Source of the DNA: the human T2T-CHM13v2.0 reference genome, Homo sapiens
DNA: 64,000 nt
NCBI RefSeq assembly: GCF_009914755.1
Contig: NC_060927.1
Reading direction: 5' to 3' (one strand)
Shown here: in pieces, positions 42,595-55,445 of the stretch
How the letters are laid out: each line of letters starts with the position of its first letter
How positions within the stretch are numbered: the first letter of the stretch is position 1
Made by a program: the position numbers and the translations under genes
The notes under the pieces: generated by a model
Databases searched by the model: none
Seen by the model: the letters and a program-made list of their open reading frames with translations, nothing else
What the model was told of the DNA's origin: nothing

Positions 42595-43731
42595 TTTTTC
42601 AATAAAATTGCATTATAGATCAATGTTTGGATCACTTCTGGGGAAGCCAGAAACATCCTAACCTGAATGCCTTCAAGACCCTGGGAGACCTACTATAACT
42701 ATACAAATCTACCTTTGAGAGGGATGGTTCACCTCCTCCTTTACCACATAGCTTAACAGACACTTGGATTTAAAAACTTCCTTGTAAAAGAGAAAGCATT
42801 TAATTAAAATTTACTAGAGGATATCTGTCATCTCTATCTGGTTTACTAGTTTGTAAAATATGGTAGCTTATCAGAGATATCCACAAATGTCCTGGGTAGA
42901 TGTAAGGGGCAAGAATGAGCTATATTTAGGTGTCAGCAACTCTCTGGGACAACGGAAAGACTTGGTACTTTCACATGGTTTCATTTTGATGCTTCAGAAG
43001 GGTTTGTAAAGTCAGCACATAGGGTTATCAGAAATACCAGATGCTTGCTAACTATGAGAGTGTTCAGTGGGTGTGAAAGAATGTTTTGCTGAATTAGACT
43101 TCTATAACATGAGATTTTAGGAATATGACTTTGGGTTCAGAAAAGCAGCATTCAGTCCTCTTTAGGTTTACTTTAAACAAAATTGCACAGGTGTTCCCTA
43201 AAGTCTAAGTGCGACACAGCATTTTAAAGTTGCCTACATTCCATTTCAAGGAGATAGCAGAACATACATCATGTGAAAGAAACTGAACACTGCCTTGCAA
43301 GTTTTCAGTGGGGGAGTTTACAAGAGTTGTCCAGATAGTAAGAGTGATGTAGCAGATGTTAGCACAAAGGAAAGAGCAAATGAGATGTGAATTACAGGGT
43401 GACGAGGCTTGTATGAATCTCATTTGTTTAACCGTCTGAATGGTCCACTTCAGGTATTAAATGAGCTAGTTACTGTTGAACACAATTTTCTGAATAGCAC
43501 AGAAAGGTGGTTTAATGAACTATGGCCACTTGAATGTCCTCATATCATCTCGCCTCTTCAGCCAGCCATGGCTTGCTTAGCTTTTCTCCCCAAGTCTTTT
43601 AAAGTAATGCTTTAGATAATTATGACCTTGTCATTTCATTTTCTAGGTAATGTAACATTAGGGATTATTGCCTGATTAGTAATTTAATTAGCAGGTATAT
43701 GGGCAGAGATTCTTTTGCAAATTAAGAACTT

Positions 43732-44328
43732 TCTTTTTTAAGTCTCATTTTTAATTGACAGATTATAATTATATATATTTATGGGGTTCAAGGTGATGTT
43801 TTAATTGAGATATGTATACATTGTGGATGATCAAATCAGGCTAATTACCATGCCATCATCCCAAATATTTATCATCTTTCTTTGTAGTGAGAATATATAA
43901 AATGTTGATTTTTGGCTTGTATAGATAGACATTTCTCAAAAAAAAGACACATGAATTGTCAACAGATATATGAAAAAATACTCTATCTCTAATCATAAGA
44001 AAAATATAAATTAAAGCTACAATAAAATATCATCTCACAGCTGTTAGATTGGCTATTATCAAAAAGATGAAATAAGCATTGGGAAGATGTGGAGAAAAGG
44101 AAACCCTTATACAGCGTTGGTGGCATTGTAAATTATTACAGCTATTTTGAGAAACAGTATGTAAAGTCCTCAAAAAACAAACAAAAAATAGAATTCCCAT
44201 ATGATCCAGCAATCCCGCTCCTGGGTATAAACCCAAAGGAATTGAAATCAGTATGTTGAAGAGATGTCTGCACTTCCATGTTCATTGACGCATTATTCAC
44301 GATAGCCAAGATATAAGGTGAAAATCTC
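43732..44328. mobile_element. L1MA with inverted internal segment (minus-strand 3' end plus plus-strand upstream piece)
   Basis: 43735-43905 antisense 3' end; 43920-44315 sense; TAAGAACTT on both sides. Confidence 0.75.
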
Positions 44329-45334
44329 TAAGAACTTACTGTTAATAATCATTCCACATTGAAGGAGCTGACAGTTTGAAGTGTGCAAATTTAAGCACTA
44401 AACTTCCTCATACCCAGTTTGGCTGCTAGAAACTCAGATATCCGTAACTTTATAAAATGTTACTTGTCTGAAAAACAACCCAGGGATTTTCAGAATGCTT
44501 TTCATGGTTTAATGACTTGATCTTATTAGCAAAGTGAAGGTATTAGTCCAGGAAGGATTTTCTCTTTTTTCTCTTTCTTGTCACTCTTACTGATCACTTC
44601 TGAAACCAGGTGAAACACCGATTCTCAAATAGAGAGTAGAGACTATAATTTAGTTTGCCAAGAATAATGGATAGTTCTGAAGTTCATTTCTCATTCACTG
44701 GATCTGTTTCCCTGTTCACAGATGAGAATTTCAGTGGTCTGATAGGATAAGTTAATTTTAAAGCTCACCCACAGGTCTGCTATCCTCCATCTACTTCTGG
44801 AAAATGATTGAATAAAAAAATAACACTTAAAACATATAATACTTTTGTGTATACAAAGCTAACAACTCCAGGAAACTTTTCTGACTTATAGACAATATGA
44901 ATTTTTTTAATGTTTTGATTAAAAGCAGTTTGACTTATACTGTAAATGTCAGTGTGCTAAATCGAATATTCTGTTTCTCCACTTTGTTAGCAACTACATC
45001 TCTTTATGAATCTCTAATTCTAACAGAACTGATGTGCAGAATAAAAACTGGTGACTTTTTTTAAAGATTAATACTAAAACATGGGTGAACCTACATGCTA
45101 TACTTTAAATATTCTATCCTGAGACCTCAAGACATCCCCTGCAGGCGTCTTATGTTTCTAATAACTGGGAAGCAAGGAAAGGCCAGAACGATCAAGGAAG
45201 CTCTTTAAAGAGAAGTTCAAGGGTCAAAAGAGGTGAAATGGGACTTGGATGATCCAGCACTGAAGGTCGGACACTCACTGAAAGAAGCTAATAAAATAGG
45301 AAATCCACTGGAAGCATTCACACTCATCTCATGC

Positions 45335-45515
45335 ACCACTGGCTTGCTGGAGCCACTTCGCGAGAAGTGCTTGTGCGTATCTCATCCCGACTCCACATCA
45401 GTGGCGTCCCTTTGGTAGCATGAAATTGGCCGTGGTGGGAGTATTTACACCTTGGAAATTAGCAAAACCTATAGATCTACATTTTACTTTTTGCTTTTCC
45501 AGGCACACCATTGCA
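45335..45515. mobile_element. MER63-like hAT fossil
   Basis: TGAAATTGGCCGTGGTGGGAGTATTTACACC. Confidence 0.65.
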
Positions 45516-46818
45516 TTACTCCTAATGGCAGTTAAGCCTCACAAAATATAAAACTTGGATCAGACAGTCCACCAGTTTGTTTTTTCTGTATCTCAGGGCA
45601 TCAGAAGCTCTCATGACTCTTGATGTTTCTACTCTCCTTCTGCTGACTTTTCTGTGGTTTTATATGGCCTCTAAGTTCAAATAATCTATAAATAGGTAAA
45701 ACCAAAGCCTGTGATATCAGCAGTGTACCTAGTATTGGCAGAGAGAAATAGACTGATCTATATTAGTATATTGAGTCTTTCTTAGTAATGTGGCTTCCAC
45801 CCTTGCCCACAGATAGTCTAGTCAACACACAGCAGCCAGAGTGTCCATTTTTATATGTGAGTCAGTTCATACCATAGTCTGCTCAATCTTCTAATGAATT
45901 CTATCACATTTAAAGCAATCTCAAGGTTCCTGCCATGATCCAGAGGTTTGCTAGATCTGACTCCCTCCTTGTCTTGGGCCTCAGTGTCCATATCTTGTCC
46001 ATCCCTCTTGCTCCCACTTCTTCTGGCCACACCCTCCTCCTATTGCTACTCTCGGACATGCCAGCATCCTACTGCCCCAGGGCCTTTGTCAATTTTACTC
46101 CTTCTGTGTTATATATGCACCAGGAGGACCAGTGGTGTTGACTATAGAGAACAACTGCACTAGGATAGGTATCAACCAAGCTTAGTATCATTACAAAACA
46201 TATACCCCTAACAGGAGGCACAAGCAGTACCTGGAGAGTAAATGAAATACATAAAGAAATGAGATCAAAGGAAATCAAGGGAAAATGGAGAAATGCTAAG
46301 AACTAATACAACAACAACTTTGGTAGTTATGCCGCAAGGAGTCTTTCAAATAGGCACAAGCCAAATAGAGTCAAATTGACCGCTGTTAATGAACCTCTTT
46401 CCTCTAAACAGTGCATAGTATTTTGGAGGGGGCCAAACAATTGTGGCATAAATCAGCATGTACAATGTTGGCAAGTGCTCACAAATTTCAAAGTCAATAG
46501 GAGAATATACTATAAATTTTCCCTAATAAGGAATCACACTTTTTCATAGGTTACTATTAAATCACTTTGTAAATGGAGGCAAATATTTCCCAAAAAATGA
46601 CATTGGAATGATTGTTACTGAGATACTTTGCTAATATCTATAATGAGCAAGGAGTAACCATTAGCTATGTGCCAGTTATAGTATTAAATGGTAGATATTT
46701 ATATATGTATATAGATATAAATATATCATATATCATTATGTATAGTAAATTACAAATTATTTATATAGTATATAATATACATCGGTATCTATTTTATATA
46801 TATGATATATACAAATCT

Positions 46819-47125
<307 letters not shown>

Positions 47126-47901
47126 TCTCACTTTATATCACAACAACACTTTGGGATAGATAGTAGGAGAAGTGGCGTATTATTGATAAAGGAACTGAGA
47201 CAGAGAGTGGTGAAAACATGCATTGGTCAAGTAACTCATAACAACTAGGGGTGTTTGGATTTGGGCATGGACAGTTTACTCACAACGAAAGCCCACTCTC
47301 TCACAGTCTACATTCTGCTTTTGTTTTATTATTTCTTAAATGTAATTCGTTTAGCTTTTAAGACCAGTGACTACAAAAGACTTCATTTAGTGAGAAACTT
47401 CAAGATGAGCTCTGTTTCCATTCCTTGATCTCTGTATTCGGTTCACTGGGATTTCCTTTCTTTGCTCACCTGTTCTCTGCCCATCCTTCATACCTCCCTC
47501 TTCTATTACCATCTATTCTCCTTGTTCTAGTCCTTTCCAATTGCAATCCATCATGCCAGAAAAAAGGTGCTTAGTCTGCCTCTTCCCTTTTCAGACTGTA
47601 CAAACAGATCCTCATTCCTGCAGTGGTGTGGTCCTTATACCAGGACCCATCTCAAATGGGTTGCAACTGGTCCCCCGAAAGATAAGTATAGAAATTAAGA
47701 GTAAGCATTTTAGTAACCTTTATAGCCATTTGTTAATTTATATCTGTTGAATTTAATACGAAAGTGTGAGCTTGTATGCCTTTTTCCATTTCAATCTAGT
47801 GACTCATTTTAATGCATTTTATAAAAGTATTAGTCTTCAGTGGGTTAGGAAACAAAAATCAGTTTTCACAAGAGACAATTTGAGCATCACTTCTGTATTG
47901 T

Positions 47902-48006
47902 AAGGTGCCCAATTTGTTTGCCTGGACCTGAGGGAGTTTCAAGGACACAGGACTTTCACTTTTAAAACTGAGAGTCTTAAGCAAACCAGGACAAGTTGGT
48001 CACCAT
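47902..48006. mobile_element. MER94-like hAT-Blackjack fossil
   Basis: GGACACAGGACTTTCACTTTTAAAAC...GGACAAGTTGGTCACC. Confidence 0.65.
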
Positions 48007-48374
48007 ACTCTGCAGCCGTCAGTCCAAATTCTTCTGTGTGTTGTTTACAGTCTATCATTATCTGACCTTTCTTTACCAGCCACCCTTACATTTTCCTTTT
48101 CCCCAGGGCAATACTATTTTGTTTTTGTAAATACAGAATTGGCAATCATAAGGTTCAGAGGTGGACGACATAATTTATCCTGGATGCCAACCCTGATAAC
48201 CTGCAGTTCCCACTCAAAGCACTGCATTGAAGCCTTGTCTGAGATCAGGCAATGCAGCATGGGGGGAGGGAGCATGGCTTTCAGACTAAGATGCAGGGTG
48301 CAGGTCCTGCTGCACTGCTTTCCCATGCCTGGTTCTACGAAGATAAAATTTCCTCTATCATCCCGTTTATTCTT

Positions 48375-48803
48375 TGTGATTGTTAATTTTGTGTGTCAAC
48401 TTGACTGTATTATGGGGTATTCAGATATTTAGTCAAATATTATTCTGGCTATGTCGATGAGGGTGTTTCTGGATGAGATTAACATTTGAATCAGCAGGCA
48501 AAGTGAAGCAGATTGCTGTCCCCAGTGACATGGTCACCATCCAACCTGAGGAAGCTTGAACAGGATGAAAAGGAAGAGTAAGGAAGAATTTACTTTCTGC
48601 CTGTTTCCAAGCTGGACCTCAGTCTTCTCCTACATTCTGAATGGAACTTACAACACTGGCCCTCCTGGCTCTCAGGCCTTTGAACTCAGACTAGAACTAC
48701 ATCATCTGCTTTCCTGGGTCTCCAGCATGTAGATATCAGATTGTGGGAGTTCTCAGCCTCCATAATTGTGTCAGATAATTTCTAATTTATATATATATAT
48801 ATA
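48375..48803 (+). mobile_element. MLT2 (ERVL) LTR
   Basis: TGTGATTGTTAATTTTGTGTGTCAACTTGACTG; GATGAGATTAACATTTGAATCAG. Confidence 0.85.
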
Positions 48804-49904
48804 AATTACATAAAGTGAGTTAGCAAAGCACTGGTCACATCACTCAAGTGCAGTAAAACTATTACTGCTATTTCAGTGGACAGCAATGATATTGGCCCCG
48901 TGGGTCCAAGGGCATGTGGGGCTGAGTGAGAAGGAAATGCATAGATGCAGTGTATTTATCTCTCTTGCTTCAATTTGACCAAAAACCCATGTTGATTATT
49001 ATTTAAGAGTTCTGCAATTACTCTTTTGATAGATCTATGTTAATTCTGTGTGTCAAAAATCCACACTGTTGAAAACAGATGAATAATGTCTGAGGATATC
49101 TTTCTTCTACTGCATGCATTGTAATTATACTGCCTGCCTGGCATTGTGTTGAATATGGACCCTTGATTAATATCTTTTATAGAAATAAACAAAAAGACAA
49201 CCCATTCTCATTGTTGCCCTAAGACATTATTGTGTTTTTTCACATACCAGACGTTACATTAAGTTTTATAATTTTGTTTTTAATTTATCTAGTTGATTTT
49301 GTTTTATTTTTTATTGCTAAATCTATTATACTCTAATTTACACTAGAATATTTACTAACACTAAGTAAATAGTTTTGGAAAGGAAAAACTATTTCAAACT
49401 GTGAAACTTTGCACTGTATGTAAAGTGCACATTCAAAACCGAACTTTCATATACAATTTTATGCCATGACTTTCCTCTTGTTTTGTATCAACATTTCTTG
49501 CAGGTTGTTAGGACAGGAGCTGCAGTTGTCACCAGTCTAGTCAAGTGTAAATCTTACATGCGGCACTTTCTACTGTTGGATGTAAAATCCTGTAGAAAGT
49601 TGAAGGTCATTCTTTCCGTCTGCTCATTTTAAGCTGTAAGAAAATATTAACAGTCCCTTAGAAACAATGCTTGTGTTCTTTGGAAATTAAATATTGATAT
49701 GCTGACAACCCACTATCTTAGATCAGATGTACCTAAGTTTTAACAATTTTAAAGCTTTACGTTATCAATTATAATATTCATTTAAAAAATAATCTTCTAT
49801 GGAATTCTGACCAATTTGCTTAGACTACATATTTTTGTCCAAATCAACACTGAACTGGTTCATTTCCATTAAGTTCTGCCACCTTTCAGTGGCAACAGTA
49901 AGAC

Positions 49905-50150
49905 TTTTGGTGACAGGTGGACCTGGGTTCAAATCTCATCTTGTGCCACTATGTGATTCAGGACATGCTACTTATCTTTCATGTTCTCAGTTTTAACATC
50001 TATAAAGTGGAAATATCTACTCTTTAGGAATTCTGTGCATCTTGAATGAGAGAATTCTTTCCTCATTTAGTCAGCAAATATTTATTCAGTCTCTATTCAT
50101 CCTAGGTACTCTTCTAAGTGCTGAGGGTATAGCAGTGAGGAACAATCATC
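49905..50150. mobile_element. MIR followed by an L2 terminal fragment
   Basis: ACCTGGGTTCAAATCTC...CATCTATAAAGTGG; CAGCAAATATTTATT. Confidence 0.65.
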
Positions 50151-51639
50151 CTGATTCAAGTATTCATGCTGACTAGTACTTAGTACAGAGGGGGTCACTA
50201 GGATTGGCTTCCTTCCCTTTTAATCTCCAAACTATTTTATATTATATGCTATTTGCCCACTAAATTATATATATTACTTATATTATTAGCTTTCCTTTTT
50301 AAGTACTTACCCTTGTACCTAACTAGGCTATTTGAGAGCTGGGAGTATATCTTAGAATTATTTCTATTTATAATATTAGCAGTTCTATGCACCTAGGAGA
50401 TAATCAGGAAATTTCACTGATGTAATCACCAGTGAATAACTGGCATTTTCTCTTGGGCAGATGGAGAGAAGAGGAGGTTTGCAGAGCAATAACATCATTC
50501 CAGTTCTTAACTTCAGAGGCAGATTCATTAATGACTTAACCTTGTGTCTACGTTCTCTTGGGTACCCCAAAATGTGTCTGCTGAAAGAGCATTGTTATTT
50601 TTGAAGGCATGGCTAGTAGACAAATATCCTCTGTGTTATTGGCATTTTTCTGCATACTCTAGCATGCAAATATTTATGTTTGAATTCAGAAAAATTTAAA
50701 AGCCTTGAGTGACAGAACTTTTAAAAATAGCTATTTTTTTAAAGAGATATTTTAAAGATATCTTGCGTCAACATGTTACATTACCACAGGATTGAATTTT
50801 TCTAAATATTTAATTATAAAATCAATTTCTCTTGGACAACTAGAATAAACTTATTTTATCATTTCCCTTCCACCTCTTTATATTTACACATGCATGCATT
50901 CTTGTGTGTATGTAAACACACAAACCCACAACACATACCACACATACCCACAAACACACACACACACATACACACGCATGCATTTTTCCTGGATCCTAAA
51001 GTTGAAACTTATTCTTACTTTATATTATTTTAATACCAGAGAAACAGAAATTACATTAATCCAGTATTGGGTGAGGTTTTCATCCAGAATTTGTTGTGTG
51101 GTGGATTTAAGTTTTCAATATATTATGATTGGGTCCCCTTTTTGGTAAATATATAAGAATGTCCTCAACAACGTTTGTGCTTATACATAGAAAATAATTA
51201 ATCCTCTCTTTCTAAATCTCTTGAAAGTAAGTTCAAGAAATCATAAACATTCTTTGAAAGAGAGAATATATGAGGTCTTCAGAAAAGGTACTTGCCATTT
51301 ACCAACATGTGACAATCATTTAATTTAAACTCTATCCATTATGGTTATAGAAGTCTAACTCCCTGTAACTAAAATATCACCAAACTTGGGGATTTTATAG
51401 ATTTCTATAGGTTCAGATGCTTTTTTGCTAATTATTTGTTTAGAGACAGAGGTAGATACGGTTTAATTATAGGACCAAAGAGAAAAACTATGAAATACAC
51501 ATGTAATTATATTGAAAATTTTTCGGTTTGCACTACCAGATTTTTGGATTTTCCTTTGTGTAATAATCACAAGAAACTATTCACACTTTATGTAGTTACT
51601 AATTATGTAATTACTAGTTCTTGGAGCATGTCCTCTATT

Positions 51640-52110
51640 GTTGATTGACACATCCAGCTGCCAACCAGATGTTGACAGTTGGAACTGGGTTTACCTAAAA
51701 TCAACTTCCTTGCCATTGCTCCGCCACTCAGGTTTTTCTTCCAATCATTCTTACTCTAAAGACTAGAGAAGTTATTTTTGAATCTTTACTTTCCTTCCCT
51801 ATTACATCCCACTGTCCAATCCTATTGATTTTTCCTTCGTGGAATCTCTCTTTTTCACCATCACTTGCCTCAGGACCATATTACTGGACTTCCGTGTGAC
51901 AGCAAAATCTTTTCATTGGTCTCACTGTTCTATATCCTTCTGTAATTCCAATTCATTCTACACACTGAGACAAAGACAAGCTTCCTAAACAACACTGTGA
52001 GTATATCTCCATCTTTCTAATCCTTCTTTGACCCTCCTCAGGTAAGAGGCCCTTTGCAATGCTCCAACATTCTGCTAAGATCTTATTCTAATATCTCACT
52101 GTCCTGAATA
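51640..52110. mobile_element. L2 remnant
   Basis: Pyrimidine-rich; TCCCAATTCATTCTACACACTG. Confidence 0.5.
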
Positions 52111-52864
52111 CATTGAGAATAATAAGTTAACATTCAGTGAATGCTTACACATGCATTAGCTCCTTTTACAAAAAAAAAAAATCTTTTTCTGACATATACA
52201 TACCAAGCAGCACACATAATTATACAGCTTGATGAATTTTCACATACCAAAAACATCTGTATTACCAGCACCTAAATTGTATTAGCTCTTTAAATCATCA
52301 CAGCTATTCTATGTGATGTTGTATTCTGCCTAGGAGAGGTCAGGTATAAATGGATGAGCTTGAATTTAAACCAAACTGTCAAAATCCAGAGCCTATGCTA
52401 TTAAGCACATTTGCAAGCATCCCCTATACTTGATCCAGGCAAATTCATTTATTCATTGTTCAAACACTTTATATATGTATTTTTTGCCTCCACTATCATG
52501 CTATTTTTGTAGCCTAAAATGTTCTCATTTCTTCTTGCTCCTTCCTTAACTCTCTGCCTCTTTCTCACTTTATCTTTTACTACTTTTTCAATAATCAGAT
52601 CAAAACCTACCCATTGCCTGGCATGTTTTTATAAAGTATAGGTTGCAAACAGAACCCAGGCTTTGCAGCCAAATATGTCTGGGTTCAAATTTCACCTGGA
52701 CCACTTACTAACATTTATTTTAAAAGTCTCAGCATTGTCCTCATGTGAAATGTAGATCTAAAAATAATCATACCTTTGTTTATTTATAAATTGAAAGAAA
52801 TCAAGTATAAAATGCCTACCACAATGGCTGGCAGGTAATAGCCACTCATTAAAAGGCAACTCTT

Positions 52865-55445
52865 GCTCTTGAGTCACTCCCACGCAGCTTTGGAGCCATG
52901 TGCATGTTGGACGGTCTCGGCCCACCTTGTTCACCAGCACTTGTAAATCTTTTCCTTTCAAGATGCCTGAGGAGATGCACCATGTAGAGGAGGAGATGGA
53001 GACTTTTGTCTTTCAGGCAGAAATTGCCCAACTCGTGTGTCTCATCATCAATATCTGCTATTACAACAAAGAGATTTTCATCTGGGAGTTGATCTCTAAT
53101 GCTTCTGATGCCTTGGACAAGATTTGCTTTGAGAACCTGACAGGACCTTCCTAGTTAGCCAGTGGTAAAGAGCTGAAAATTGACATCACCAACCCTCAGG
53201 AACACACCCTACTTTGGTGGACGCAGGCATTGGCGTGACCAAGGCTGATCTCATAATTTGGGAACTATTGCCAAGTCTGGTGTTAAAGCATTTATGGAGG
53301 CTCCTCAGGCCGGTGCAGACATCTCCAGGCCTGGGCAATTTGGTGTTGGCTTTTATGCTGCCTACCTGGAGGCAGAAAAAGTGGTTGTGATCATAAAGCA
53401 CAATGATGATAAACACTATGCCTGGGAGTCTTATGCTAGGGGTTTCTTAACTGTATGTGCTGACCCTGTTGATCCCATTGGCAGTGGCACCAAAGTGATC
53501 CTCCACTTTAAAGAAGACTAGACAGAGAGAGTATTTCTAAGAGAGGCAGGTCAAAGAAACACTCGTAGTTTATAGGCTATCCCATCACCCTTTGTTTGGA
53601 GAAGGAACGGGTGGGTGAAAGAAGTCAGTGACGATAAAGCAGAAAAAAAAGAAAGGTGAGAAAGAAGAGGATGATAAAGATGAGAAAAAGCCCAAGATTG
53701 AAGATGTGGGTTCAGGTGACGAGGATAACAGCAGTAAGGATAAGAAAAAGAAAACCAAGATCAATAACAACAAAAAAATGCATTGATCTGGAATAACTAA
53801 ACAAGACCAAGCCCATTTGGATCAGAAAGCCTGATGAAATCACCCAGGAAGAGTATGGAGAATTCTATGAGAGCCTCACAAATGATTGGGAAGACCGCTT
53901 GCCACTCAAGCACGTCTCTGTAGAGGGTCAGTTGGAATTCAGGGCACTGCTATTCATCCCTCATCAGGCTGTCTTTGACTTCTCTGAGAAAAAGAGTAGG
54001 GCTTTCTTTGACCTCTTTGAGAACAATAGAGAAAAGAAAAACTTCAACCTCTATGTCTGGCATGTGCTATGACGAGCTGACACCAGAGTATCTCAGCTTT
54101 ATCCGTGGTGTGCATATATATATATATATATATATGACTTTGAAGATCTGCCCCGAACATCTCCCAAGAAGTGTTGCAGCAGAGCAGAATCCTGAAAGTC
54201 CACACAAAAACACTCTTGGGAAGTGCCATGAGCTCTTCTCTGAGCTGGCAGAAGACAAGGAATGTTATAAGAAATTCCATGAGGAATTCTCTAAAAAATC
54301 TAAAGGTTGGAATCCATGAGGACTCTATTAACTGGTGATGCCTGTCTGAGCTGCTGCACTATCACACCACCCAGTCTGGAGATGAGATGACATCTCTGTC
54401 AGAGCATGCCTCTCACATGGAGATGGGAAGTCCATCTATGACATCACTGGCAAGAGCAAAGAGCAGGTGGCCAACTTTGCTTTTGTGGAATGAGTGAGGA
54501 AGAAGGGCTTTGAGGCAGTATATATGACCAAGCTCACTGATGAGTCCTGCATGCAGCAGCTCAATGAGTTTGATGGAAAGAGCCTGGTCTCAGTTACCTA
54601 GTAGGGTCTTAGGCTACCTGAGGATGGAGAAGAAGAAAATGGAGGAGAGCAAGGCAGTTTGAGAACCTCTGCAAGCTCCTGGAAGAAAACTTGAAGAAGA
54701 AAACTGAGAAAGTGAAAATCTCCAATAGTCTGTTTCTTCATCCTGCAGCTGCAGTCACAGGTGCACTATGACTGGCACCTACAGCTGAACAGCCAATATG
54801 AAGTAGCTTGTGAAAGCTCAGACACTTTGAGACAACTCTATAATGGGCTACATGATGGCCAAAAAGCACCTGGAAATCAACCTTGACCAACCTATTGTGG
54901 AGACACTGCAGCAGAAGGCTGAGGTGGACAAGGACGACAAAGCTGTCAAAGACCTGGGGGTGCTGCTGTTTGAAACTGTGGGGCTCTCTTCTGGCTTCTC
55001 CCCTGAGGATTCTCAGACCTACTCCAATAGCATCTACCATGAACAAGCTCGGTCTAGCTACAGATGAAGATGAAGTGGCAGCAGAGGAAGCCGGTGATGC
55101 TGTTCCTGATACAATACTCCCTCCCCACTCGAGGGCGATTAGGATGTGTCTTGCATGGAGGAGGTAGACTAGGAGTTTATACTTGGAAATCTTGTGCCCT
55201 CTGAATAGTGTCCCCATGGCTCCCACCACAGCCTCGAGTGGTCCTGTCTCACCTGGCTCCCTCTGCTAATGTCTTGTGTTTATTCTCTACTGTCCTTGTG
55301 CCTAAGGCAGGAAACAAGGGCCCCTAACCCCATCCCCTCCCTAATTTGACAACAGGATTGGATGTTGCATATTATGGGTTTTTTGTTTATTTTGTTCTGA
55401 GATTAAAGTATGCAAAATACAGAAGATGCAGTTTTATACAAAAAA
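52865..55445 (+). pseudogene. HSP90AB1: Processed pseudogene of HSP90AB1 (HSP90-beta), full length with both UTRs; which numbered paralogue cannot be determined here
   Basis: ATG at 52963 gives [24 protein letters not shown]; [14 protein letters not shown]; LGTIAKSG; GQFGVGFY; [13 protein letters not shown]; ends MEEVD-TAG (55155-55172). Intronless with many stops and frameshifts; A-tail remnant; TSD AAAAGGCAACTCTT (52851) / AAAAGGGTAACTCTT (55450) after a TT|AAAA site. Confidence 0.97.
54114..54135. repeat. (AT)11 microsatellite inside the pseudogene CDS
   Basis: Directly visible. Confidence 0.95.

Noticed and set aside
46680-46812. TA-rich tract before an Alu
   Set aside because: Degenerate low-complexity sequence
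52900-55067. HSP90-like ORFs as a functional CDS
   Set aside because: Stop at 53152-53154 after ~63 codons from the true ATG and many later stops and frameshifts
54738-55229. 163-aa minus-strand ORF, the longest in the window
   Set aside because: Antisense shadow of the HSP90AB1 pseudogene's codon structure; no independent support
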